Part shown: positions 30,735 to 39,246 of the stretch, piece by piece
Layout of the letters: every line of letters starts with the position of its first letter
Numbering within the stretch: position 1 is the first letter of the stretch
From: Elusimicrobia bacterium RIFCSPLOWO2_02_FULL_39_32
GTDB lineage: Bacteria; Elusimicrobiota; Elusimicrobia; 2-02-FULL-39-32
Reading direction: 5' to 3'
DNA: 64,000 nucleotides
NCBI GenBank assembly: GCA_001800135.1
Contig: MGUU01000011.1
Span: 8,842-72,841 of the forward strand
Position numbers and translations under genes: made by a program
The notes under the pieces: generated by a model
What the model saw: only the letters and a program-made list of their open reading frames with translations
Database searches by the model: none
Told to the model about the DNA's origin: nothing

Positions 30735-32276
30735 TCAAGCATCTATCTGAGCTTTCTGAAGTTTCCCAGAATAATCAATATAAACTGTTTTCCATTCTGA
30801 AAAAATATCCAGAACTGTCACACCCGCTTCCCTGTGTCCATTGCCGGTTTGTTTAACTCCGCCAAAAGGTAAATGAACTTCAGCCCCAATCGTAGGAGCA
30901 TTAATGTAGGTAATGCCTGTTTCCATCTCTTGTATGGCACGCATCACTCGATTGACATCTCTAGTATAAATAGAACCAGAAAGCCCGTAACGGCTGTTAT
31001 TTACAATGCTCATGGCTTCTTCAAATGATTTTACTGGAATTAAAACTACCACAGGACCAAAAATCTCTTCCTGAGCAATTCTCATTTCTGGCGTGCCCAC
31101 AAAAATTGTAGGAGGATAGAAAAATCCTCTTTCATATTCTCCTTCCTTTAAAATCTCACCGCCTATAAGCAATTTCGCATGATCTTTCATTTTTCCAATT
31201 TTTACATACTGATGAACAGTCTCTAGTTGGGCCTGGCTTACTAATGGCCCCATCTGCACCAAAGGATTCAATCCATTTCCTATGCGTAAACTGCGCGCTT
31301 GGTCTACTAATTTATCTCTAAATTGTTTAAAAATCTTTTCATGCACAATTAATCTGGAAGTGGCTGTACACCTTTGCCCAGATGTGCCAAAAGCTCCCCA
31401 CAAAGCTCCTTCCAAAGCCAAATCCAAATCCGCATCCTCCATCACAATTTGAGCGTTTTTTCCTCCCAACTCTAAACTACATTTTTTCATTTTCTTACCG
31501 CAAATTTCTGCGATATTTGAGCCAACAGAAGATGAGCCTGTAAAAGAGATCAAAGAGATTTCTGGATATTCTAACAAAGCTCTTCCAATGACATTTCCAC
31601 TCCCATAGACAAGATTTACAACTCCAGGAGGCACACCCGCTTCTTGTAAAACCATGACTAAATTCCGCGCAGAATCTGGCGTATAAGAAGCAGGTTTTAA
31701 AATCATACTGTTTCCGCATAAAAGCGAAGGAAAAATCTTCCAAGAAGGAATAGCCATAGGAAAATTCCAAGGAGTAATTAAACCACAGACCCCCACAGGC
31801 ATGCGCAGGGTCATTGCAAACTTATCTGGCAACTCAGAAGTTGTGGTTTGTCCAAAAAATCTTCTTCCTTCCCCGGCATAATAAAAAGCGGTGTCAATCG
31901 CTTCTTGCACATCTCCACATGTTTCAGACAAAATTTTTCCCATTTCTCTGGTCATGGTTTGAGCAAATTCTTCCTTATGTTCTTGCAAAACACGCATGGC
32001 TCTTAAAAGTATTTCCCCTCTTTTTGCCACAGGCACTTTACGCCAGGATTTAAAAGCTTTTTGAGCAGCTTCAACCGCTTCCTCCAGATCTTTAGCTGTG
32101 GATTGAGGATAAATTCCTAATAATTCTCCAGTGGCAGGATTCCTGTTTTCAAACTGGTTGCCGCCAAGACCAGCTTTTTTCCATTGCCCATTGATAAAGT
32201 TATAAGGTCTTCCTAAATTTTTACTTTCTAATTTTTTACTCATTCGCTTTTTTATTTTTTTCTTTTTCATGGTCAT
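30735..32276 (-). CDS. aldehyde dehydrogenase, probably aminoadipate-semialdehyde dehydrogenase
   Basis: ITPWNFP, FTGS, LELGGKN, GQRCT, EEIFGP, PFGGVKQTG; substrate inferred from context. Confidence 0.88.
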   Translation of the reverse strand: MTMKKKKIKKRMSKKLESKNLGRPYNFINGQWKKAGLGGNQFENRNPATGELLGIYPQSTAKDLEEAVEAAQKAFKSWRKVPVAKRGEILLRAMRVLQEHKEEFAQTMTREMGKILSETCGDVQEAIDTAFYYAGEGRRFFGQTTTSELPDKFAMTLRMPVGVCGLITPWNFPMAIPSWKIFPSLLCGNSMILKPASYTPDSARNLVMVLQEAGVPPGVVNLVYGSGNVIGRALLEYPEISLISFTGSSSVGSNIAEICGKKMKKCSLELGGKNAQIVMEDADLDLALEGALWGAFGTSGQRCTATSRLIVHEKIFKQFRDKLVDQARSLRIGNGLNPLVQMGPLVSQAQLETVHQYVKIGKMKDHAKLLIGGEILKEGEYERGFFYPPTIFVGTPEMRIAQEEIFGPVVVLIPVKSFEEAMSIVNNSRYGLSGSIYTRDVNRVMRAIQEMETGITYINAPTIGAEVHLPFGGVKQTGNGHREAGVTVLDIFSEWKTVYIDYSGKLQKAQIDA

Positions 32277-32334
32277 TGACTCCTATAATTCCGCTATAAA
32301 CCACCTGCTCCTATGAATTCCCCTAATTTTATGA

Positions 32335-33534
32335 CTAAATTTGTCTGATTGTTTCTCTTACCTTAATTCCTCGCCTTCTAATCTCTTTCAAAAATAAACT
32401 GCCTGGAACTCCCCTTTCAAGGGGTACCACCCCTGTCTCAAGAATCGCATTTTTAGCAAGTAGTTCTAAAATAATGGCAGCGGAAAAACCAGTGGTTCTT
32501 TGCATAGCGGTAAAACCTGTTTTCGAATCAGCGTATTCTAAGATATCGTAGGTGATCTCTAAATTCTTTTTATCTTTCCACCCTGCTACAATCACTTTCA
32601 TGACTAAAAGATCTTTTTCCTGTTCTAACTTCAAAACAGGTTCAACGCATTTCACAAAAAACTTCCTAGGAATAATTTTATTGCCATTCAAAAGAACTGG
32701 ATCCGTATCTAATAGACCTAACTCTTTTAAGAATTGTATCTTCTCATAATGCCCTGGATAACGGAGGGTTTTATATTCATAATTTTTAACTTTACCTTTA
32801 AAAGTCCAAGGACAAGTTGAAGTGGCTCCTCCTGTAACAAAAGCTTCTAAAAGTTTTAAAGGTCTTTCAAACTGAATTAATTCTGGTTCAGAAAAAGAGG
32901 CTATTTTCTTAATTTTACCATTCCTTAGAACATAGGATTTTCCAAAATAATTTCCTAAAACCCCCTCCAAATTAAACACAATCTTATAACCTAAAGGCCC
33001 CTTGGGTTTTAAAGGCAGACCACCGCAATAAATCCGCACGCTCTCGGTTTTAGTTAGTTTCTCCATGGCGCAAAGAGCGAGGCTATTGCACATGCCAGGG
33101 GAAACCCCGCAATCTGGAATTAATGTAACATGAGCTTTTTTTGCCTTTCTATCCAACTTCAAGATGCGTTCTGTCATTTCAAAATAGCCGCCTAAATCGC
33201 AATAATGAACCTTTTCTTCAATAGCAGTTTGCGCAACTAAAGGATTGAAATAGTAAGGTAAAGCGCTTAAAACAGCATCATTGCCTTTCATTATTTTTTG
33301 CAGTTGTTTTTTATTACTAGCATCCAACGCATAAGACAAAAGTTGGATTCTATTTTTTTTAAGAAAAAACCCTAAAAGCTGTCTTAATTTTTTTAAAGCA
33401 AATTCACAATTTCTAAACGATTGATCTGCTAGTACAACCCGCTTAGATCCGCCATGTAAAATAACATCATAGCTTGCAGCAATCCCTTGGAACCCTGCGC
33501 CCAGAATAAGGTAGGAATATCCATCTTTAGCCAT
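32335..33534 (-). CDS. saccharopine dehydrogenase family protein, lysine 6-dehydrogenase-like
   Basis: GAGFQG, DLGG, PDCGVSPG, YCGGLP..P..PLGY...FNLEG, LEAF.T, YKTLRYPGH, AMQRTTG. Confidence 0.82.
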   Translation of the reverse strand: MAKDGYSYLILGAGFQGIAASYDVILHGGSKRVVLADQSFRNCEFALKKLRQLLGFFLKKNRIQLLSYALDASNKKQLQKIMKGNDAVLSALPYYFNPLVAQTAIEEKVHYCDLGGYFEMTERILKLDRKAKKAHVTLIPDCGVSPGMCNSLALCAMEKLTKTESVRIYCGGLPLKPKGPLGYKIVFNLEGVLGNYFGKSYVLRNGKIKKIASFSEPELIQFERPLKLLEAFVTGGATSTCPWTFKGKVKNYEYKTLRYPGHYEKIQFLKELGLLDTDPVLLNGNKIIPRKFFVKCVEPVLKLEQEKDLLVMKVIVAGWKDKKNLEITYDILEYADSKTGFTAMQRTTGFSAAIILELLAKNAILETGVVPLERGVPGSLFLKEIRRRGIKVRETIRQI

Positions 33535-33543
33535 AACCTTATA

Positions 33544-33572
33544 AGTTTAACCCCACTGCTCAGAAATATCAA
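33544..33572 (-). promoter_or_regulatory. sigma70 promoter of the lysine catabolic genes
   Basis: TTGATA-17-TAAACT, 9 nt before ATG 33534. Confidence 0.55.
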
Positions 33573-33612
33573 GAGCAAAAAAAATATCAGTTAAAAATTA
33601 AAACTTAAGATT

Positions 33613-34326
33613 TTAACTAATAGGGCAAGAAGAGAGAATTGTTGTAAGAAGTTTACTGTTATCTAAACTAGGGGGGTGGGTTCTAGGAAGAGTGGCTAAG
33701 ATTGGAACCTTTGCTTTTATAAAAAAATTTAAATTTTGCCGATCCACAAGTTCTCTTTTGTTAAAAAAATTTAAAACAATTCCTAAAACCCTGATTTTTT
33801 TCCTTTTTAAATAATCTAAAGTTAAAAGTGTATGGTTCAATGTTCCTAATTTTGATGAGACTACAACCAGCGCTGGCAAGTTCATTTTTAAGATTAAATC
33901 AGCCAGTTCAAAGTTTTTGGCAAGAGGAACCCTTACCCCTCCAATGCCTTCTACAATCGTAAAACCATGAGACTTTAAAATAGTCTGATAAGAATTAAAC
34001 ACCTTATTTAAAGAGATCCTTTTACCTTCTAAAATTGAAGCAGAATAGGGACAGAGTGGGGCTTTAAAACAAATTGGATTGATCAAAGAAAGTGAATCTA
34101 AAGAACCAGCAGCTTTTTTTAATTTTAAGGCATCCTCTGAAACTAGCCTCCTAGTTTTATCTACTCCTTTGTAAATTCCTCCAGATGCAAAAGGCTTCAT
34201 CACGCCTACCTCTATCCCTAAATTCTTTAAGGTTGAGGCAAGGAGACAGGAAAAGAAAGTTTTTCCAATTCCTGTTCCAGTGGCTGTAACAAAAAGTCCT
34301 TTCAAACTTTTATCTGTAATATTCAT
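33613..34326 (-). CDS. bioD: dethiobiotin synthase
   Basis: FVTATGTGIGKT, MKP, EDA, VEGIGG, LGTLNHTLLT. Confidence 0.93.
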   Translation of the reverse strand: MNITDKSLKGLFVTATGTGIGKTFFSCLLASTLKNLGIEVGVMKPFASGGIYKGVDKTRRLVSEDALKLKKAAGSLDSLSLINPICFKAPLCPYSASILEGKRISLNKVFNSYQTILKSHGFTIVEGIGGVRVPLAKNFELADLILKMNLPALVVVSSKLGTLNHTLLTLDYLKRKKIRVLGIVLNFFNKRELVDRQNLNFFIKAKVPILATLPRTHPPSLDNSKLLTTILSSCPIS

Positions 34327-34363
34327 CCGTAGTGTTTTTTAAGCCATTTCACATTGGACATTT

Positions 34364-35530
34364 TCATTGTTTTAAATTTTCTTCCAAACAATCAGCTAAT
34401 TTTTTTAAATCTCCTTCCTTATGTTCACTGGTTATTGAAAATCTTAATCGGGATTCATTTTTTGGCACTGTGGGAGGGCGTATTGCAGGCGCAAAAATAC
34501 CTTTTTCCTTTAAGGCGTTTGCTAATTTTAAACTTTTTTCCGCGGACCCTACTATAAAAGGAACAATTTGGCTCATCTGTTTTCTAAAATTCCCTGAATC
34601 TGAAAATCGTTTTTCTAACTCTTTTTGAAAATCAAAAGAAAGTTTTAAAACTCTTTTTCTTCTCCACTCTTCTTTTTCTACTAAACAAAGGGATTGAAGA
34701 GCTGCTGCGCAAGCTGCAGGCGCTAGCGCTGTGGTATAAATAAAAGCACGGGCACGATTAACTAAAAAAGAAATTAAATCTTTTGATCCGCAAACAAACC
34801 CTCCCTGAGATCCAAGCGCCTTGGAAAGGGTTCCCATGACAATTTCAATTTCTCCCAACAACCCAAAATGTTCTGCTGCGCCAATGCCATTTTTACCTAA
34901 AATTCCTGTTGCATGCGCGTCATCTAACATAAGCCAAACCTTATTTTTTTTACAGAGCTCTACAATCTCTTTCAAAGGAGCTAAATCTCCATCCATGGAA
35001 AAAAGAGAGTCGGTCACTACTAATCTTTTTTTGTAAGATTTAGTTCTTTCCAAAACTTTTTCTAAAGATAAAACATTTGAATGGTCATAAATAAAAATTC
35101 TACAACCTGCAAGATGAGCCGCGTCAATTAAAGATGCGTGGTTTAAGCGGTCCATGAGGATCGCGTCCCCTTGACCTAAAAGACTAGATATCACTCCTAA
35201 ATTCGCCATAAAACCAGTTGGGAAAACAAGGCATTTTTCTGTTTTTTTAAATTGAGCTAATTTAAGTTCTAGCCGATTATGAAGTTCTATGGTTCCAGAT
35301 ATCAAGCGGGAAGACCTGCCCCCAGAGCCATAACGAGTGAGCGCTTCTTTAGCTTTTTTGATCACTTCTGGATGATGAGCATACCCTAAATAATCATTGG
35401 AAGAAAAATTAATATATTTTTTCCCGTTTAAAAATATTTCATGGCAAAGAGACTTTTCTAGAGAACAAATGTTTCTCCAGAGAAATTTTTCTTTTAATCT
35501 TTTATTTTCTTCTAGTATAAAATCTTGCAT
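34364..35530 (-). CDS. bioF: 8-amino-7-oxononanoate synthase
   Basis: FSSNDYLG, SRLISG, NHASLIDA, FSMDGD, DDAH, GTLSKALG, IRPPTVP. Confidence 0.95.
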   Translation of the reverse strand: MQDFILEENKRLKEKFLWRNICSLEKSLCHEIFLNGKKYINFSSNDYLGYAHHPEVIKKAKEALTRYGSGGRSSRLISGTIELHNRLELKLAQFKKTEKCLVFPTGFMANLGVISSLLGQGDAILMDRLNHASLIDAAHLAGCRIFIYDHSNVLSLEKVLERTKSYKKRLVVTDSLFSMDGDLAPLKEIVELCKKNKVWLMLDDAHATGILGKNGIGAAEHFGLLGEIEIVMGTLSKALGSQGGFVCGSKDLISFLVNRARAFIYTTALAPAACAAALQSLCLVEKEEWRRKRVLKLSFDFQKELEKRFSDSGNFRKQMSQIVPFIVGSAEKSLKLANALKEKGIFAPAIRPPTVPKNESRLRFSITSEHKEGDLKKLADCLEENLKQ

Positions 35531-35612
35531 GGTTCTCTCCTATAACACCAAAGTACAACCATTCCTTCCTAAAGGACGAGAGTGTGACTTCGTCACCTCC
35601 AGTCGCTAAAGC

Positions 35613-36851
35613 TCAGTCATAAATTTTTGAAAAAAGTATCGCTCCAATAGGACCTCCAAAACCAAAAGATAAAGAAAGAGCGCAATCTATCTCTTTTTGT
35701 TTTCCTTGTTTTGCCGTGTAGTCTAAATCGCATTCAGGATCAGCGCTTTCTAAATTAAGAGTTGGAGGAACAAAATTATCTCGTATGCTAAGACAACTAA
35801 TTCCTGCTTCCACGCTTGCTGAAGCGCCTAAAAGATGGCCCGTAGCAGATTTAGTAGAAGAAAGGGAAAGGGTGTATGCTTTTTTCTTAAATACAGTTTT
35901 TATAGCTCTTGTTTCAGTTAAGTCATTTAAGAATGTCCCTGTCCCATGACAATTAATATAGTCAATTTCTTCTATACTCACGCTCGCGTTTTCTAAAGCT
36001 CTTTTCAATACAAGAGCAATGGAATCTCCACTTGAATCAAATTTAGTAGGATGATAGGTATCAGAACCAATGGCAGTTCCTTTTAGTTCAGCATAAATTT
36101 TTGCGCCTCTCCCTAAAGCATCCTTTTTTCTTTCTAAAATAAGTACGCCTGCTCCCTCTGCCATCATAAATCCATTTCTTCTTAAATCAAAGGGACAAGG
36201 AAAATTTGAGAGCAATCCCATCCTTTTAAAACCAGAAATAAATAAAGCATTAAGGGAAGATTCTACAGATCCAGCAATAACCAAATCACACAGATTTTCT
36301 TTTAACCAACAAGAGCCAAGCCTTAAGGAATGGATCCCTGTTGCGCAAGCTGCAATAAGGTTACTGCTAGGGCCTAATAATTCTAACTCTTTTTTAAGAT
36401 ACTGATTTAAAGAATCCGGGAAATAAAATGGAGGAAAAATTGGTTTGGAAACTGAAACAGTACAACCAACTCTTTCTTTAGGTAAACTAGAAAGTTCTAA
36501 ACTCGCGTCGTTTAAAGCTTCCTTTACGCAAGACAATGCTAAAGGAAAAATCCGATGGGAAAACTCTTTTGTTTGAGGGGATGAAAACCAATGAGAAAAA
36601 AATTTGGGATAATCTTTTATTGCTATTTCTTTTAATCCAAGAGGGATTTTTAATCCATTTGAATATTGAAACTGCGAAAAACGAACAAAATCATTAAATG
36701 GCTGATCTAATCCTTGAGGGTTTTTTTCTTCTAAAAGAGACTTCCCCTGTTTAATCTTTTCCCAGGATTTTTCTCTAGTCAATCCCAAAGGCGTAACTAA
36801 TCCTATGCCGGTAACAACAATTCTTTCTTTTTTAAAGGATTCTTGAATCAC
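35613..36851 (-). CDS. divergent FabF-like beta-ketoacyl-ACP synthase in the bio operon
   Basis: VVTGIG..TPLG, AACATG (Cys), INCHGTGT (His), STKSATGHLLGA (His), SFGFGG. Confidence 0.88.
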   Translation of the reverse strand: MIQESFKKERIVVTGIGLVTPLGLTREKSWEKIKQGKSLLEEKNPQGLDQPFNDFVRFSQFQYSNGLKIPLGLKEIAIKDYPKFFSHWFSSPQTKEFSHRIFPLALSCVKEALNDASLELSSLPKERVGCTVSVSKPIFPPFYFPDSLNQYLKKELELLGPSSNLIAACATGIHSLRLGSCWLKENLCDLVIAGSVESSLNALFISGFKRMGLLSNFPCPFDLRRNGFMMAEGAGVLILERKKDALGRGAKIYAELKGTAIGSDTYHPTKFDSSGDSIALVLKRALENASVSIEEIDYINCHGTGTFLNDLTETRAIKTVFKKKAYTLSLSSTKSATGHLLGASASVEAGISCLSIRDNFVPPTLNLESADPECDLDYTAKQGKQKEIDCALSLSFGFGGPIGAILFSKIYD

Positions 36852-37581
36852 AATTAAAAACCTGGCCGCTGATTGATGTTTGCTCTGCGATAGCCATAAT
36901 CAATTGAGCCAATTGTGAAAGATCAGTAAATTTTCCTAAAGTATGATCAGAACGAATTTTTTCTATAAGCTCTTCTGGAAGAGTTTTTCCCATAGCTGTT
37001 AGATGGTACCCCGGCAAAATAGCATTTACTCGTATGTTAAACCTTCCTAATTCTTTTGCCGCGGATTTAGTTAAATTGATCAGCCCAGCTTTAGAAGCCG
37101 CGTAATTAGAACCTCCAAAAGAACCTCTCACCCCCACAATTGAACCAATATTAATAATAGTACCCTCTTTTTCTTTTACCATTACTTTTGCAGATTCCCG
37201 CAGACACCAAAAAGCTCCTGTTAAATTCACCTCTAAAGGCTCTATCCACTCCTGATCACTCATTTTAAGAATAGAGCGATCGCGCACTAAGGCAGCATTA
37301 TTAACTAAAATATCAATCCTACCCCAAACATCAGTTACCTTTTTAATCATTGCTTTAACTTGATATGAATGACTTATATCTGCTTTTAAAAGAATTGAAT
37401 CTATTCCTAATTCACGGATATCTTTAGCTAAAACTTCTGCCTCTTTAAGCGACTGTTTAAAATTAATCCCTACTCTATATCCTTTCCCTGCAAATGCCAA
37501 AGCAATCTCACGGCCAATGCCGCGAGATGCTCCTGTAACTAAAACAACTTTTGTAGTGGTTTGATTTATCCTGTTTTCCAC
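36832..37581 (-). CDS. FabG-like 3-oxoacyl-ACP reductase in the bio operon
   Basis: VTGASRGIG, LVNNA, NYAASKAG, RVNAILPG; start reassigned to GTG 37581, overlapping the DUF423 stop. Confidence 0.85.
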   Translation of the reverse strand: MENRINQTTTKVVLVTGASRGIGREIALAFAGKGYRVGINFKQSLKEAEVLAKDIRELGIDSILLKADISHSYQVKAMIKKVTDVWGRIDILVNNAALVRDRSILKMSDQEWIEPLEVNLTGAFWCLRESAKVMVKEKEGTIINIGSIVGVRGSFGGSNYAASKAGLINLTKSAAKELGRFNIRVNAILPGYHLTAMGKTLPEELIEKIRSDHTLGKFTDLSQLAQLIMAIAEQTSISGQVFNCDSRIL

Positions 37582-37937
37582 AGATTCCAGACAAGAAAAA
37601 ACCAGCCTAAAAGGAAAAAAACTCCGCCAATAGGTGTGATCATGCCCAGCCAACGGACGCTTGTTAAGCTTAATAAGTAAAGACTGCCGGAAAATACGCA
37701 GATTCCAAAGAAAAAAAGCCAGCCAGAAATAGAAAAACTTTTTGTAGTCCAATAAGAATTAGCCCAGGCAACAATAAAAAGAGCAAATGCGTGATAAAAA
37801 TGATACCGCACACCCACTTCAAAAATGGAAAACATTTCTGAAGAGAGTTTCGTTTTTAAAATATGAGCTGCAAAAGCGCCTAGGGCTACCCCTAAAAACG
37901 CCATAAATGACCCTAAGATAAAAAAGAATCGAACCAT
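37566..37937 (-). CDS. DUF423 (YgdD/TMEM256) membrane protein
   Basis: VALGAFAAH, YHFYHA, FSGSLY.L, ITPIGG..F.LGW. Confidence 0.9.
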   Translation of the reverse strand: MVRFFFILGSFMAFLGVALGAFAAHILKTKLSSEMFSIFEVGVRYHFYHAFALFIVAWANSYWTTKSFSISGWLFFFGICVFSGSLYLLSLTSVRWLGMITPIGGVFFLLGWFFLVWNLWKTG

Positions 37938-37938
37938 C

Positions 37939-38988
37939 TTATTTTAAACGAACTGAAAATTCTTCTAAAACCTGGTTCTGACCTTTTAAACTATTTTCCA
38001 AATTCTCATGGCCTTCAATCTCAAAACCCAGATCTCGTATCATGCCAATATCTGCTTCAATTTTTTGTCCTTTGGTGGTCAGATAATCTCCAATAAAAAT
38101 GGAGTTTGCCGCGTAAAGACCCAAAGGCTGTAACCACCGTAAATGATGTTCTCTTCCTCCCGCAATCCGAATTTCAGACTGAGGGTTTATTAATCGAAAC
38201 AGACACAAAATTTTTAAACACTTTTGGGGGGTGAGTTCATTTTTCCCTTGAAGCAGCGTTCCTGGAATGGCCATTAAAAAATTAATGGGGATGGAATCCA
38301 CTCCAATTTTTCTTAAACTAAAAGCAAGCTCTATAATATCCTCATCTTTTTCACCCATGCCAAAAAGAGAGCCACTGCAAGAAGAAAGCCCGGCATGTTT
38401 AACCCTTTCCACTGTTTCTACCCGATCTTTAAAGGTATGGGTGGAACAAATTTCAGAATAAAAATCCTCACTGGTATTCAAATTGTGATTGTAGGCATGT
38501 ACTCCTGCATTTTTAAGTTGTTCTGCATGATGCTCTTTAAGTAAACCTAAACAGACGCAGATTTCAAGCTCTGGATAAATATTTTTTACTTTTTTTATTG
38601 CAGAAGCTACTTCCTCAATCTCTCGATCAGTTGGGCCTCTGCCAGAATTAACCATGCAAAACCTTTTTGCTTTGGAATCAACCGCGTTTTTAGCGGCTGC
38701 AAGAACTTCTTTTTCTGAAAGAAATGGATATTTATTTATTTTAGCCTCTGAATCTTTTGATTGCGAACAATAAGAACAATCTTCAGGACAAAGTCCAGAC
38801 TTAGCATTCATAAGAAAGTTGAGTTTTACCTTCTTACCAAAATATTTTTTGCGCACGCTAAAAGCAGCATCTAATAACAATAATAAAGAATCATCCTCAC
38901 AATTTAATATGCTATGCGCTTCTTCTTTTGAAATTATTTCCCCTTCCAGACTTTTCTTAGCTAAAAGCTGCCAGTTCAATTTTTCCAT
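37939..38988 (-). CDS. bioB: biotin synthase
   Basis: KSGLCPEDCSYCSQS radical SAM motif, YNHNLNT, CSG..FGMGE, PINFL, RIAGGRE, YLTT. Confidence 0.97.
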   Translation of the reverse strand: MEKLNWQLLAKKSLEGEIISKEEAHSILNCEDDSLLLLLDAAFSVRKKYFGKKVKLNFLMNAKSGLCPEDCSYCSQSKDSEAKINKYPFLSEKEVLAAAKNAVDSKAKRFCMVNSGRGPTDREIEEVASAIKKVKNIYPELEICVCLGLLKEHHAEQLKNAGVHAYNHNLNTSEDFYSEICSTHTFKDRVETVERVKHAGLSSCSGSLFGMGEKDEDIIELAFSLRKIGVDSIPINFLMAIPGTLLQGKNELTPQKCLKILCLFRLINPQSEIRIAGGREHHLRWLQPLGLYAANSIFIGDYLTTKGQKIEADIGMIRDLGFEIEGHENLENSLKGQNQVLEEFSVRLK

Positions 38989-39127
38989 AACTCCCTCCGA
39001 AAATTCGTCATTTAACCTAAATAATGTATTTAAAAAATAGAATTTTCCAACCCATTCCCTTTTTTTTAGAAAGAGTATCTACATAAATAGGCGCAATCAA
39101 AACAGTTCCCTTATAGATTTAAATAAT

Positions 39128-39160
39128 ATCTCAACCATATAGATATGATAAGGTTGACAT
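39128..39160. promoter_or_regulatory. BirA biotin operator
   Basis: ATCTCAACC-N15-GGTTGACAT matches the BirA dyad TGTxAACC-N15-GGTTxACA, about 140 bp upstream of bioB. Confidence 0.8.
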
Positions 39161-39163
39161 ATT

Positions 39164-39191
39164 TTGACATATGTTAGGCTTGATCTACAAT
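39164..39191 (+). promoter_or_regulatory. sigma70 promoter for the divergent repeat-protein gene
   Basis: TTGACA-16-TACAAT directly adjacent to the BirA operator. Confidence 0.55.
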
Positions 39192-39246
39192 AATTATTGT
39201 CTTAAAATTAAACAATGCCTCTTATAAAAAGCATACTTTTTATTAA

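Noticed and set aside
32335..33534. Calling this gene bioU
   Set aside because: Motifs match the lysine 6-dehydrogenase/saccharopine dehydrogenase family and it clusters with ALDH and DUF1338; kept only as a hypothesis
37582..37752. 57-aa N-terminal extension of FabG in the ORF track
   Set aside because: Overlaps DUF423 on the same strand in another frame; GTG 37581 gives a normal-length SDR
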